Origin: Octopus vulgaris
Lineage: Eukaryota
NCBI GenBank assembly: GCA_951406725.2
Contig: OX597814.1
Span: 90,582,001-90,646,000 of the forward strand
Direction of reading: 5' to 3'
Length of the DNA stretch: 64,000 nucleotides
In this document: positions 1 through 11,200 of the stretch, in pieces
How the letters are laid out: each line of letters opens with the position of its first letter
Numbering within the stretch: position 1 is the first letter of the stretch
Notes under the pieces: model-generated
Seen by the model: the letters and a program-made list of their open reading frames with translations, nothing else
The model's database searches: none
Told to the model about the DNA's origin: nothing
Position numbers and translations under genes: made by a program

Positions 1-42
1 CGGCTTTGTCTTTCATCGTTCGGGGTCAATAATATAAGTACC
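1..42 (+). mobile_element. SINE family A, part 5' of the PLE insertion (continues at ~1939-2000)
   Basis: ctttgtctttcatcgttcggggtcaataatataagtacc matches the central domain of the other family A copies, e.g. 10362-10402. Confidence 0.65.
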
Positions 43-188
43 TTATTTACATTATTTAAATTTGACGGATATTTGTCCTCATCTTATGGAACCAAGAAGA
101 AGAAACGATGAAAGTCGATCGCGGCGGAATTTATAAGTGAATTTACAGCAAAGAAAAGAAAAACCCAACTCTGAAAACAGAGAGGAAG

Positions 189-1640
189 TTGTCACAGATC
201 TTGATCAAGAACAAGGTTCACGTTACACAAGTGAAGTACAGACAACTGACTCAACACTACAGTAAACTACCACACATGTACGGTCTACCTAATATTCACA
301 AGGTTGGTATTCCATTAAGACCTATAGTGAGCTGTAGAGGTTCAGCATGTCATCCACTGAGCCACTTCCTTGTCCATTAGTAGAAAAGTCAACATCATAT
401 GTGAATAATTCCACCCACTCCACAGAATTGATCAAAGACACCCCCCCCATTGGATCCAACCAGATGTAGGGTCTAGATATGATAAGTCTGTTCACCAGAG
501 TCCCAACTGGTGAAGCACTATCGGGGATTCAAGAGAAACTGGTGTCAGACACCCATCTACAAGAACGCACTAGTATACCAATAAGAAACTTGATGGAAAC
601 TTGACCTTCTATGTAGAAACTACCTACTTCAGTATGGACACTGATATATATCGACAAGAAGAGGGTTTGCCTATGGGTTCGCCATTATCACCGATAATAC
701 CCAATATATACATGGAATACTTTGAGAATTTGGCTTTAGAATCAACACCACTAAAACCAACCCTATGGCTGCGATACGTTGATGACACTTTTATACTGTG
801 ACCCCACCAGGAAGATATCCAAGCGCTGTTAGATCATGTGAACTCAATACAGCCATCCATACAGTTCACAATGGAAAAAGAAAAAGACAATCAATTAGCA
901 TTCCTCGACGTATTAATAACACGCACCAACTATGGATTCAGGACACCCGTATACCGCAAGTCGCCCTTCCCTGAACGATATCTTAACTTCAATTTCCACC
1001 ATCCATACAGTATAAAGAGAGGGATTGCTCAGTGCCTAAAATATCGAGCAAAAGATATAAGTTCCGATCGTGATACCCACCACAAAGAAATGATCAAGCT
1101 CAGTAACAATCTATTAAGAAACAACTACCCCAATTATGAAGAATCCTCTCCAATTCTGAAGAAAAGAGACGATGAAACCAATAAACTGTCCACAGTCTGT
1201 CTACTCTATGTGAAAGACCATTCCGAGAAAGTACAAATTATATTCGGCCCATATGACATCAGGACGGTATTCAAGAGTAATACAACACGTCACACATATC
1301 TCCTTCGAGTAAAACGACCAATAGCCGAGAATATGACCAAATATTGCGTGTACTCCATCTCATGCAGTTGTGGTAGGTTATACAAAAGCCAAACATGCTG
1401 CCCCCTCAAAATAAGGGTAGAGGAACATCGTAAAGCTGTGACACGAAGAGATATTGATAAATCGGTTATAGCTGATCATGTATGGAAAAATGGAGACCAC
1501 CTCCCACTGTGGGATGAAGTTAAAATATTAGAGAATACCACTGGAAAACACGAAAACTAAAAGAAGCAGCACATATGCTAGGACACAACAACCTACTAAG
1601 TAGACCGAGTGCAAATATGAATAGCATATGGGAAGGACAT
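189..1640 (+). pseudogene. Penelope-like element (Penelope/Poseidon-type) RT + GIY-YIG endonuclease ORF, broken by stops and frameshifts
   Basis: ORF fragments carry PLE RT motifs: YGLPNIHK..PLRPIVS, GLPMGSPLSP, WLRYVDDTF, IQFTMEKE...LAFLDVLI..., VYRK. The GIY-YIG remnant is CVYSISCSCGRLYKSQT...RVEEH...S.IADHVW, continuing after a frameshift as WKTRKLKEAAHM. Confidence 0.93.
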
Positions 1641-1805
1641 GAAAATATTAGATTTATAAGCTCTAAAATTCACTCCTTAATTGCCCAAGGGCATACAGCG
1701 TAGTGGTTAAGAGCGCGAGCTTACCCCAAGATTCCAGGCAGTGACCTGAATAATAATAATAACAACAACAACATCAAAAAATACCTTAGGTTCGAAGTTT
1801 CCCCA

Positions 1806-1852
1806 AGACACCTGATGAAAGCTGGAGATTATATCAGCCGAAACGTTGTGTT
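1806..1852 (+). ncRNA. Minimal type I hammerhead ribozyme in the PLE 3' repeat (pLTR)
   Basis: GACAC-CTGATGA(1812-1818)-stem II GCTG..CAGC-GAAAC(1840-1844)-GTT-GTGTT. Stem I pairs GACAC/GTGTT, and the AACGTT palindrome is typical of minimal PLE hammerheads. Confidence 0.8.
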
Positions 1853-3709
1853 ATTAACAAAGAAGATGAGGACAAATATCCGTCAAATGTAAATAATGTA
1901 CATAATTCCTCATCTCTTAAAAATAGAACTGTATTAAAATAAGTACCGATTGAATCGGTGTAATCGACTTATCCCTGCTGGCTTCGTGCTAAAATTAGAT
2001 ATTTGTATAGCAAATTCCCACCGTAAGCATAATTTCCTAACTTGAGTGGAGATTTGTACTCCATTAATTGTAACGTAGTACTTGATTATAGGTCCTCAAT
2101 TAGAGTCGTTGGAGCGCTGTATAAGTTTGTTTTGTGATAATCATTTGATTTTCTCATGATCAATTCTCACAGATGTCAAACTTAATTTCAATGATTTCGT
2201 GTTCGATAAATAAAGGACTGATATAGCGTCGATTTCTCTTTTTCTCACATTTTTTCTGTCTCTCTATCTCTCTTTCTGGAAGAAATCGGTTGTGGCCAGA
2301 TCCAGGGAGGAATAACCTCTGCTTAGGCTAAATATTACCCAGTGCACAGCGTATGGTCATCACGAGACCCTTACGATCCCATTAAGGAATTGAAGGCCCA
2401 AAGCAAGGCAAGTAATGATCATTATCTATTTTATTGATCCTAGAAATGTGCAAGGTGAATTTAACACGACATAATGTTGAGTATCGAAATACATTGTGAC
2501 CACCGCTTTATTTATTCTGCAAATGAACGCCAACAGCAATAACAAGAACAATAAGAAAAGCATCGAACAAGAGGAAACATATACACAGTGAATCTCTTGG
2601 CTAGAAATAGCAGCCAAACTTTTCCCAAACCACTTTATTGTATTAAATGAAAAAATATATTACTTCATACCTTTAAAAGTACAGTTGTCGTAGCAGGAGC
2701 ATCACCGTTCATTCGTGTGCTCCGTCAGAGCTTATTTTTAGCAAAGCAACAACTCCAATGATTAAAAGAAGAAAAAGAATATTATTTTTTAAAAAAATTG
2801 TTTTTAATGACCGCATGGGGAAATGACGAAAATGCACGAACACACTCTTATGAAGAAAAAATAAACATTTGGAACTAAACGTATGCTCCATACAATATTA
2901 ATACAATTACAATAACACGTTCAAAGAATGACTACAAAGAAGCATATGGAGATGCACTTATTAATGTATTAACAGCACAAAATAATAGGGACGATTCTTA
3001 TAACTGTATCAGTATTGTCATACAGGCAAAAGGCTACAAACTACTGAGGTCGGGGAGTACTGATTAACCATATATGATTGGTGCTTATTCTTAATTTACT
3101 GATTCATGTGATATTATGACGAAGATAACTAGTTGGAATGTGAGAGAAAATTCAATCACAGTACACACTACAAGTGTTCTGTCTAACGCTCTTCCATTTC
3201 TACTGTTCCATCTCCGTCTGCTATCTCTTCATAATAAGCTGAATAATTACCTATAAACTTTTAAATTACCTGAAACAATGACTACAATTAGGTGTCTTAG
3301 TATATGGGTATTAATATCATAATAGTTTAATTGTATGTGACACTTGAAACTTGGAAGTCTTAGAAATACATATTCTCGTATGGATATTTATTTTTATATG
3401 TGTACTTAAAATTGTTGATTTCACTCTATTTAGAGGTGACACCTTACACACGTTTTGATTTATTGATATATTCAAGAGCGTCTGCAAAATTTTATTCATA
3501 TTATATTTCATTCATATTATATTGCTCGACTAATTTTATCGACTTCGAAGAGTTGATCGCTGTCGTTTTTAAATTCAGAATCTAAAGGGTTACAAGTATA
3601 TGATCCAAAACATTTTATCCGATAAGCTAAGCATTTTGCCACTCCACTTACAGCAATGGTAATGAAGTCTGTGTAACAAAATGCGGTTATATTCGTAAAT
3701 ATCCATTTA

Positions 3710-3925
3710 GCAGCGAGCTGGCAGAACCGTTAGTACACCGGGAGAAATGCTTAGCGGCATTTCGTCCGTCCTCGCGTTCTGAATTCATATTCCACCGAGG
3801 TCTACATTGCTTTTCATCCTTTCAGGGTCGGTAAAGTAAGTGTCAGATGAATACTGGGGTTGATGTAATCGAACTATCCCCTCACTCAAAATTGCTGGCC
3901 TTGTGCCAAAATGTGAAACCAATAT
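3710..3925 (+). mobile_element. SINE family A (tRNA-like head GGCGAGCTGGCAGAA..., B-box-like GAGTTCAAATTCC, central CTTTCATCCTTTCGGGGTCGATAAA..AGTACC)
   Basis: Homologous to more than 12 other copies in the window. The central motif resembles the Deu/Nin SINE core (from memory). Confidence 0.8.
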
Positions 3926-4009
3926 TCATAAGTTTTGTCACATTATTATAAGTATCAGACTACTTCAAAGTGGTTTCAAGGAATGATGTTGATTTAAGAC
4001 GATGATGAT

Positions 4010-5598
4010 GAAAATAATGAAGGTAATCACTGCACAGCAAAGAAGATTTAAAACTCTTCAGGTGACGCCTCTTCTTCAAGTGTTTAAGAGGATATCGTAT
4101 CTTCGTATCTTCTCATCTTCCTCTGGATCCAGCGCTTCCTCATCCTCTTCGCTGGCACACTTCATTAACTCCAACAAATCTTCGTCTGTCAGGGTTTCAT
4201 AGAGGGCGACGATGAGGTAGTTGACGTCATCTTGCGTGATGTCATCAAAACCTTTGCTACCATGTACCTTTGCCATTTGCACCACATTGTTGATAGCCTC
4301 GTAGTGAATATCTTCAGGTGAGAAGCCCCCGTAGTTCTGGACACACTCTGGCCACACCTTCGTCCAGCATGCGATAAAGGTTTCTTTTTCCATGTCTTTA
4401 AGAGCACCGTGGATGACTGACAGGCACGTTGCGATCGTGAAGTTTCGCCAGTACACCTTTAACTTGAAATTCTCGTACGAATTCATTGCATCCACGAAAT
4501 GCTGGAGATAGTTCCGAGTGCAAAGTGTCTTGAAGGCACGGATCACGCCTTGATCCATAGCCTGGATGAGGGAGGTGGTGTTGGCAAGGAGGAAATCGAC
4601 TTGAACTCGTTCGTGATTCAAATCCAAAAAGTGAGTAAAAACAATATCCATAACAAGCAACCCCTTGAATTCCATGCATACGTTTTGGAGGTATTCCCTG
4701 GCTTGAGGGATGAAGCATTGGTGGAACCAATTCAAAGTTAGACTTTTGGTAATCCAGGCCTTGGTGTTGTGCATCCAGTGGACAGGCAGCAGGTTTTTAG
4801 TATTATTTTTGAAGACTCTCTGGTTCGCGGATTTATAGATAAGTCCTGGTTTCATGATGAAGCCAGCAGTATTGCCACACGTAATTAGCGTCACTTTAAC
4901 CTTCTGTGCCTTACATCCTAGGGCTGTGGCTTCGTGCTTTATGATGTACGTTCTGGAAGGCATCTCTTTCCAGAACAAGCCAGTCTCGTTCATATTGAAA
5001 ACCTGTTCCGGCTTGTATCCTTTGTCTTTGATGATCTGCCTGAAGGTTTCGTGTTACTTCTCGGCGGATTCTTTGTTTGCTGATGCTGTCCTTCCATGAA
5101 GGGAAACACATTTTATTTTAAATCATTTGTGGAAACGGTCAAACCTTACCTTGCTGGCTTGAAAATCATCGGGCTCCGGTGCTGTCAATGGTCTTGGTTG
5201 CAGTTCTTCGGTACCTTCTGCTCCGTCTCTTCTGTCGAACTGCTGGTATAATTCCCGCGCTTTCTTGCAGATGATGTTACCTCTCAAGCGGATATTTTTC
5301 TTCTTGCAGACACCGATCCACAATGTCAAGGCAGATTCCATCCTAACGAAGTGCTTATTTCTCACTATCGTTATCTTTTTGGAACTTTCACAGAAGTTTA
5401 TTCTAAGGTAGTCCCCGTTCTTTTTTATGTTGCATATGGTGCTTCGTTGACAACATAACAGCGAGCTACTGCAACATAACGTGTACCTTCCAAGAACATA
5501 TCCACCAGTTGTGCCTTCTCATAGAGCGTCATAACATTCTACTAGCGTTTAGGTTTACTGCTAGAAGTTTTAGAAGGTGTATGGCTTTCGGGTGGCAT
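4010..5598 (-). pseudogene. Tigger/pogo (TIGD/CENP-B family) DDE transposase, frameshifted
   Basis: ATG at 5598 (MPPESHTPSK...MTLYEK..LVDM, psq-type HTH). CENP-B HTH: MESALTLWI...GNIICKKARELY...FQASKVRFDRF. DDE_1 region: MNETGLFWKEMPSRTY, AWITK...F, LLVMD, NTTSLIQAMDQGVIRAFK. Acidic tail. Confidence 0.93.
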
Positions 5599-5936
5599 CT
5601 TAGCGCTTTAATAACACGCTGCGAAAAACATAGCACTCGAAAAAATACTCGAGATAGCTACTGGACGCAGTCCCCAAACCCCCAAAAGACCCTACAAAAT
5701 CTTCCTTTTCTCTAATACGCGCATACCACTGATGGGAGATTGAGCAGAGATTATAAATAATCATGGTTTTGAAAAACTTAGTTTGTGTTACCACTAGATA
5801 CAGTAATCTATAATATCTGTAATATAATGATTGAAGAAGTACGGAACTGTGTCTAATTTATTATTTCTTCTTCCAATATTATTAAAAAATATCATATTCC
5901 TTTGAAGGAATTATAAAGGAATATTGAAATATTTTA

Positions 5937-5989
5937 AACTATAAAGTTTATTTAAGCTATAAAGTTTATTTAAACTATAAAGTTTATTT
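5937..5989. repeat. Minisatellite, 3 x 18 bp (AACTATAAAGTTTATTTA)
   Basis: Direct inspection. Confidence 0.8.
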
Positions 5990-6289
5990 GTTAAACATAA
6001 ATTATAATGCTTAATATTACAAGATTCGGTTCTGTTTTAAATGTCAACTTACGTTTGAATTTCATATGTAAACAAATAGATTTTCATCGCGTTCGTAAAA
6101 AATGTAAACAATTGCAGCGTGAAAGATATTTGTAAGTGACAAAAACCTTTAGTTTTGTTTAAACAATTAAATTTCATTTGTGGCATAATATTGCCGTTGC
6201 TTTGTAACCGCAACGTGTTCTGACAAAACTTCACCAAGCCACTTGCTAAGCATGTACATCTCCGTAAAAAGTGTAATAAAGCAGGAAAA

Positions 6290-6290
<1 letters not shown>

Positions 6291-6372
<82 letters not shown>
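6291..6372. repeat. (TCTA)n microsatellite
   Basis: Direct inspection. Confidence 0.95.
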
Positions 6373-6627
6373 AATATAATTATTGAATAAGTGCGGGACT
6401 GTGTCCAGTTTTTTAAAAAAATCATTACTTTGAAGACATTTTAAATGAATATTAATCATGGGCTATTTTACGGATTACAGAATAAACTATAACCGAGTTA
6501 TTGTTCAATTCCATGTGCATATTGTCAATTTACTTTATCATATCTATATGTGCATATAATATCAATATGTGCAATACATATGACAGGAGAAAACCGCCCG
6601 GAGGGCATTTTTCTGTTGGTAGTGATA

Positions 6628-6752
<125 letters not shown>

Positions 6753-6954
6753 GAGGTACCAACTAACCTAATTTCAATGAAGGTTAAAAATTATCCTGTT
6801 GAAATAAATAATGTGTATAATCAAACGTAGCGATGATTTCTTAAAAAAGCGCTGGTATAAAATTAGCGTTCAGTCTCTTGTATATATCTTTGATCTGTCA
6901 TCGCTAGCTCAAGTAATACTGGTGCGATACAGTGTGTGTGCATATATATATTCA

Positions 6955-7152
6955 CCATGATAGATCGGTAGCCACTACACACATTTATTCTCTCCTTGTT
7001 TCTCTCCATGTTTTTTTTCTGCGTCCCTTTCCGTAGAAGATCGTAGGCTCGAAACGTAAAAGACTTTTTCAATTCCTGAGCGTTATACTAATACATCTGT
7101 TTGTTTTCTACACCACCTGTCTTCGTCTATTGTTTTTTTCGTGAACTCTCCC
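6955..7152 (+). mobile_element. Short repeat with a degenerate hammerhead-like core (solo pLTR/retrozyme-like)
   Basis: CTTT-CCGTAGA-AGATC GTAG GCTC-GAAAC-GTA-AAAG at 7027-7062. Homologous to 35829-36010 and flanked by (TA)n. Confidence 0.55.
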
Positions 7153-7153
7153 T

Positions 7154-7198
<45 letters not shown>

Positions 7199-7605
7199 CT
7201 TCCTCTAAATTTGAGGTTGTTGTTGAGAGACAAATACAACGAGAGTGGATGGGATAGTGTGTATGTGTGAAATATAGATAGATGTCGCTATACTACTTAG
7301 CAAGCTTTGATTCAAAGCAGGAAGAAGAGGCACAAGGTACAGTTTACTTGTATCTAAAATAATCAAGCGACGTGATGTGCGGCTATTCTAATCAGAAGGA
7401 GCTTCAACTGCGAATGGGCGTCAAGTAAGCCGGCAAATAGGGTATATTGTTATTTATAATTTAGCCTTAAAAGGGGTGGAAAAATATATATTGCCACGAC
7501 AAAAGCCATAAAAAATCAAGGACGAGGTTTACGATTCTGCGAATATGCGGTGATTTCCGCGAACATTTATTAATTCCGCGAATAACCGGGATCGCGAATG
7601 CCAAA

Positions 7606-7629
7606 CCGCGGATAAGCGAGGGTAGACTG
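7606..7629 (-). repeat. Tigger-type terminal inverted repeat followed by TA; probable 5' end of the Tigger element
   Basis: The reverse complement CAGTCTACCCTCGCTTATCCGCGG matches the Tigger/MER44-type terminus. TA lies at 7630-7631, upstream of the minus-strand ORF. No partner TIR was found near 3960. Confidence 0.65.
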
Positions 7630-7690
7630 TATATATACATATATGCGTGTGTTTGTCTGTATTGTGTGTGTGTGTATATATATATATATA

Positions 7691-8048
7691 TTCTTTTACT
7701 CGTTTCAGTCATTTGACTCCAGCCATCCTGAAGGACCGCCTTTAATCGAACAAATTGACCCCAGGACTTATTCTTTTTATGCTTAGTACTTATTCAACCG
7801 GTCTTTTGCCAAACCGCTAAGTTACGGGGATGTAAGCACACCAACATCGGTTGTCAAGTTGTGGTGGGGAACAAACACATACACACATATTAATACACAA
7901 ACACAGATACATATATGACGGGCTTCTTTCAGTTTCCGTCCACCAAATCCACTCACAAGACGTGGGGCAGCTGGAGGCTATAGTAGAAGACACTTGCCCA
8001 ATGTGCCATACAATGGGACTGAAGCAGGAATCATGTAGTTGGAAAGCA
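7691..8048 (-). mobile_element. SINE family B (tRNA-like head, internal (CA)n, tail ...CAAATGACTGAAAC.AGTAAAAG)
   Basis: Homologous to 9932-10110, 10847-11000, 14318-14773, 35515-35670 and 60050-60098. Confidence 0.8.
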
Positions 8049-8089
<41 letters not shown>

Positions 8090-9823
8090 CATTGGGCAAG
8101 TGTCTTCTACTATAGCCTCCAGCTGCCCCACGTCTATATATATATATACGCACACACTCACATACATTGATTACAAATTTGCAAAGTTTGGCATACGGCC
8201 AGCAATTTCGTGGGAGGAAATAATCCGATGACATCGTCCCCAGTGATCAACTGGTACTCATTTTATCGATTCACAAAGGAACTGGAATATCCACCTCACA
8301 TCACACTCTGTTGTTTTAGAAATAAATAGGACGTTATTAATCTTGTATCCGAGAAATTTTCGGTGTTTAGGATGGCCAAATCAATTACACCGATTGCTAT
8401 GAATAATTGTTCACGTATTATCGTGCAACACGAGTTAGAATTAATTTGCAATAGTTCTAATTTCATGTGAAGCCAATAAGCTGGGAACAACATTGCAGTT
8501 CCCCCGTGAATAACTTATGACGAACTGGCAATTGAATATGACGAATAAAGAACTTAATATGTCTTGGCAAATATTCCAATCATATTGCAAAAATCTAACT
8601 ATTACTTTAATAACGGGAGAAAAATAATTAATTTCAATAATAATGACTATAAGTAATAGCTGAAGTCTAAGCGCGATAGATGTCAGAATTGGTTAAGCGC
8701 TAGCTGAAATATCTAGTAATTTCCATCCAAGCGACATTCTTCTCCGACCGTTATCTACGGGAGGGTTGTGAGCGTAGGGTAAACGGACAGCTCCTAACCG
8801 AAGCAACTGTTGATGCAATCGTCATTAGAATTCCTGACTAAATTCCTTAGCGTGATCAACGGACATTACGGATGTTATTCAACCATCTCGTTCTTGCTCT
8901 ACCACTTGGTCCCCTACCGATTGGCGCGGCTTGAAGAATACGTATTGCGCCTTTTACCTGTGATATTCTAGTCACATATCAGTGGTATGGAAGCTGTAAG
9001 TTATCAAAGCGGAGAAATTGCGGCTCGACCTGGAAAGTCTGTCTCATCTCCGAGCTATTCACCTTGCTGAGTAACGAAACTTCAGGTTCTTTCTTAGGAA
9101 CTCCCTTTCAGCCATTTGGAAATTTAACAAGTAAAAGCTATATACAAAACAAAATACCGGAGATAGTCTGCGTCGGTAAAATAATACAGTTCTGTAAGTT
9201 CGTGAGTTTGGAAACCTGAAAATGCAGTGAGAAAACGTCTCAGGTTGAGTCTGTGAGAGAAAGAATAGTATTCTATTTTTTGAAGAAACGAAGAGTATTT
9301 CTGTTAGAGTAAGGCTGAGTCCTGAACTGTTTGATGCCTCATCTGCTCAATCTGGATTTTAGACTTACTCACCAAACATCCTTTAATAATTAGTTAGTAA
9401 AAGACGTTGAGTAGGTAGAATGGTTAGCACGCCACGCCAAATGCTTGGCGGCATTACGTCCCTCTTTTCCTTCTCAGCTCAAATTTCGCCGATGTCGCCT
9501 TTGCATTTATAACTTACCTAAGCACATCCGATTCTCGTTCCTTTTATCCTCTCACCACTAAAAGCATTTCATTAATGTATGATTCGCATTGACCACTCAA
9601 TATCCACCCACATCTCTGTCTTACAGAATTCTCTTCACGAAACCATGATTTCGTGACTTCCTGTATAAGCTAACATGTTTATTGTGTACCTCATTTGTAT
9701 CAGTCTTAATAGTCTAAGACGTACAAAATGTCATGACATAAGCTCCACAATGCTGACTTGTTAAAATAATATTACTTCCATGTTCGTTCCAATTTCATAT
9801 CAATCCGGACCGAAATCTACTAG

Positions 9824-9828
<5 letters not shown>

Positions 9829-9912
<84 letters not shown>

Positions 9913-9931
9913 GTGTATATATATATATATA
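9829..9931. repeat. (CT)n then (TA)n microsatellite
   Basis: Direct inspection. Confidence 0.95.
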
Positions 9932-10112
9932 GTCTTTTATCCATTACAGTCACATGACTGTGGCCAAGCTAGAACACATTTTTCAAGGATTTTAGTCGAA
10001 CAGATAGATTCCACGACATTTTTTATACTTACTATACCGGTCTCTTTGGCCGAATCACTAATTTACGGAGACGTAAACATAGCAATACCTCTTGTCAAGC
10101 GGTGATGGTTGG
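9932..10112 (-). mobile_element. SINE family B fragment
   Basis: cagtcacatgactgtggcc...cggtctctttggccgaatcactaatttacggagacgtaaac. Confidence 0.7.
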
Positions 10113-10261
10113 ACACACATACACACACACACACACACACATCCAAGTTATAAAAAAGTAATAATACAGGTCACTGTTATTTCGATGTTCAACATTTTAG
10201 GGTAGGATGGCGGTGAGCCGGTAGAAACTTTAGATTAGAAAATATTATTTCTACATTTTCA

Positions 10262-10700
10262 AAAGGCGGCGAGGTGGCAGAAAAGGTTAGTACGCCGGGC
10301 AAACTTCCTAGCGGTATTTCGTCTGTCTTTATATTCTGAGTTCAAATTCCACCGAAGTCGACGTTGACTTTCACCCTTTCGGGGCCGATAAATTAAGTAC
10401 CAGTTACGTACTAGGTCGATTTAATCGACTGGCCCCTTCCCCGAAAATTTCGGGCCTTGTGACGAAAAGAATATTTTAGGGTACAGAAAACTGGTGAGCT
10501 GGCAAAATCGTAAGCATACCGCGCAAAATTCCTAGCGGCTTTTCGTACGTTTATTCGTTCTGAGTTCAAATTCCACCAAAGTCTACTTTACCTTTGATCT
10601 TTTCGGAGTCCATAAAATATGCACCATTTGATTATTGCGGTTCACGTAATCAATTTATCCAGTTCAAAGAAATTGCTGGCTTTGTGCCAAAATGTGAGAA
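10262..10700 (+). mobile_element. Two adjacent SINE family A copies (10262-10465 and 10492-10700)
   Basis: Each has GGCG/TGAG.TGGCA head, TTCTGAGTTCAAATTCC and the central core. Confidence 0.8.
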
Positions 10701-10846
10701 AAATATTTCAAGTACGTTGCGGAGAATTGGTTATCATAGATGATTTCTTTGATTGCAGGTAATAGAAATAGCCATCGACATGCAGTATTAAATTTTTAGA
10801 ACTTGCATTGCATACACACATATATATATATATTACTCTTTTACAC

Positions 10847-11000
10847 TTTTACTTGTTTCAGCCATTTGACTGTGGCCATGCTGAAGCACCGCCTTTTGTC
10901 GAGCAAATCGACCCCAGGACTTATTCTTTGTAAGCGTACTACTTATTCTAGAGGTCTCTTTTACCGAACCGCTAATGTTACGGGGACGTGAACACACCAG
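10847..11000 (-). mobile_element. SINE family B 3' fragment followed by long (TA)n to ~11196
   Basis: ttttacttgtttcagccatttgactgtggccatgctgaagcaccgcc...cggggacgtgaacacacc. Confidence 0.8.
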
Positions 11001-11016
11001 TGTATGTATATATGTA

Positions 11017-11084
<68 letters not shown>

Positions 11085-11164
11085 TATGTATATATGCATA
11101 TATATTTATATATATATATATAGAGAAATATACACACACACATATATATATATACACACACACA

Positions 11165-11200
<36 letters not shown>

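Larger units (their letters stand above)
48..1933 (+). mobile_element. Whole 5'-truncated PLE insertion with an inverted copy of its 3' terminus at the 5' end
   Basis: 48-85 is the reverse complement of 1863-1900 (1 mismatch). ATAAGTACC occurs at 34-42 and 1939-1947, and the interrupted SINE resumes after 1947. Confidence 0.8.

Noticed and set aside
4002-5099. Plus-strand and alternate-frame ORFs over the Tigger region
   Set aside because: Antisense or out-of-frame shadows of the transposase.
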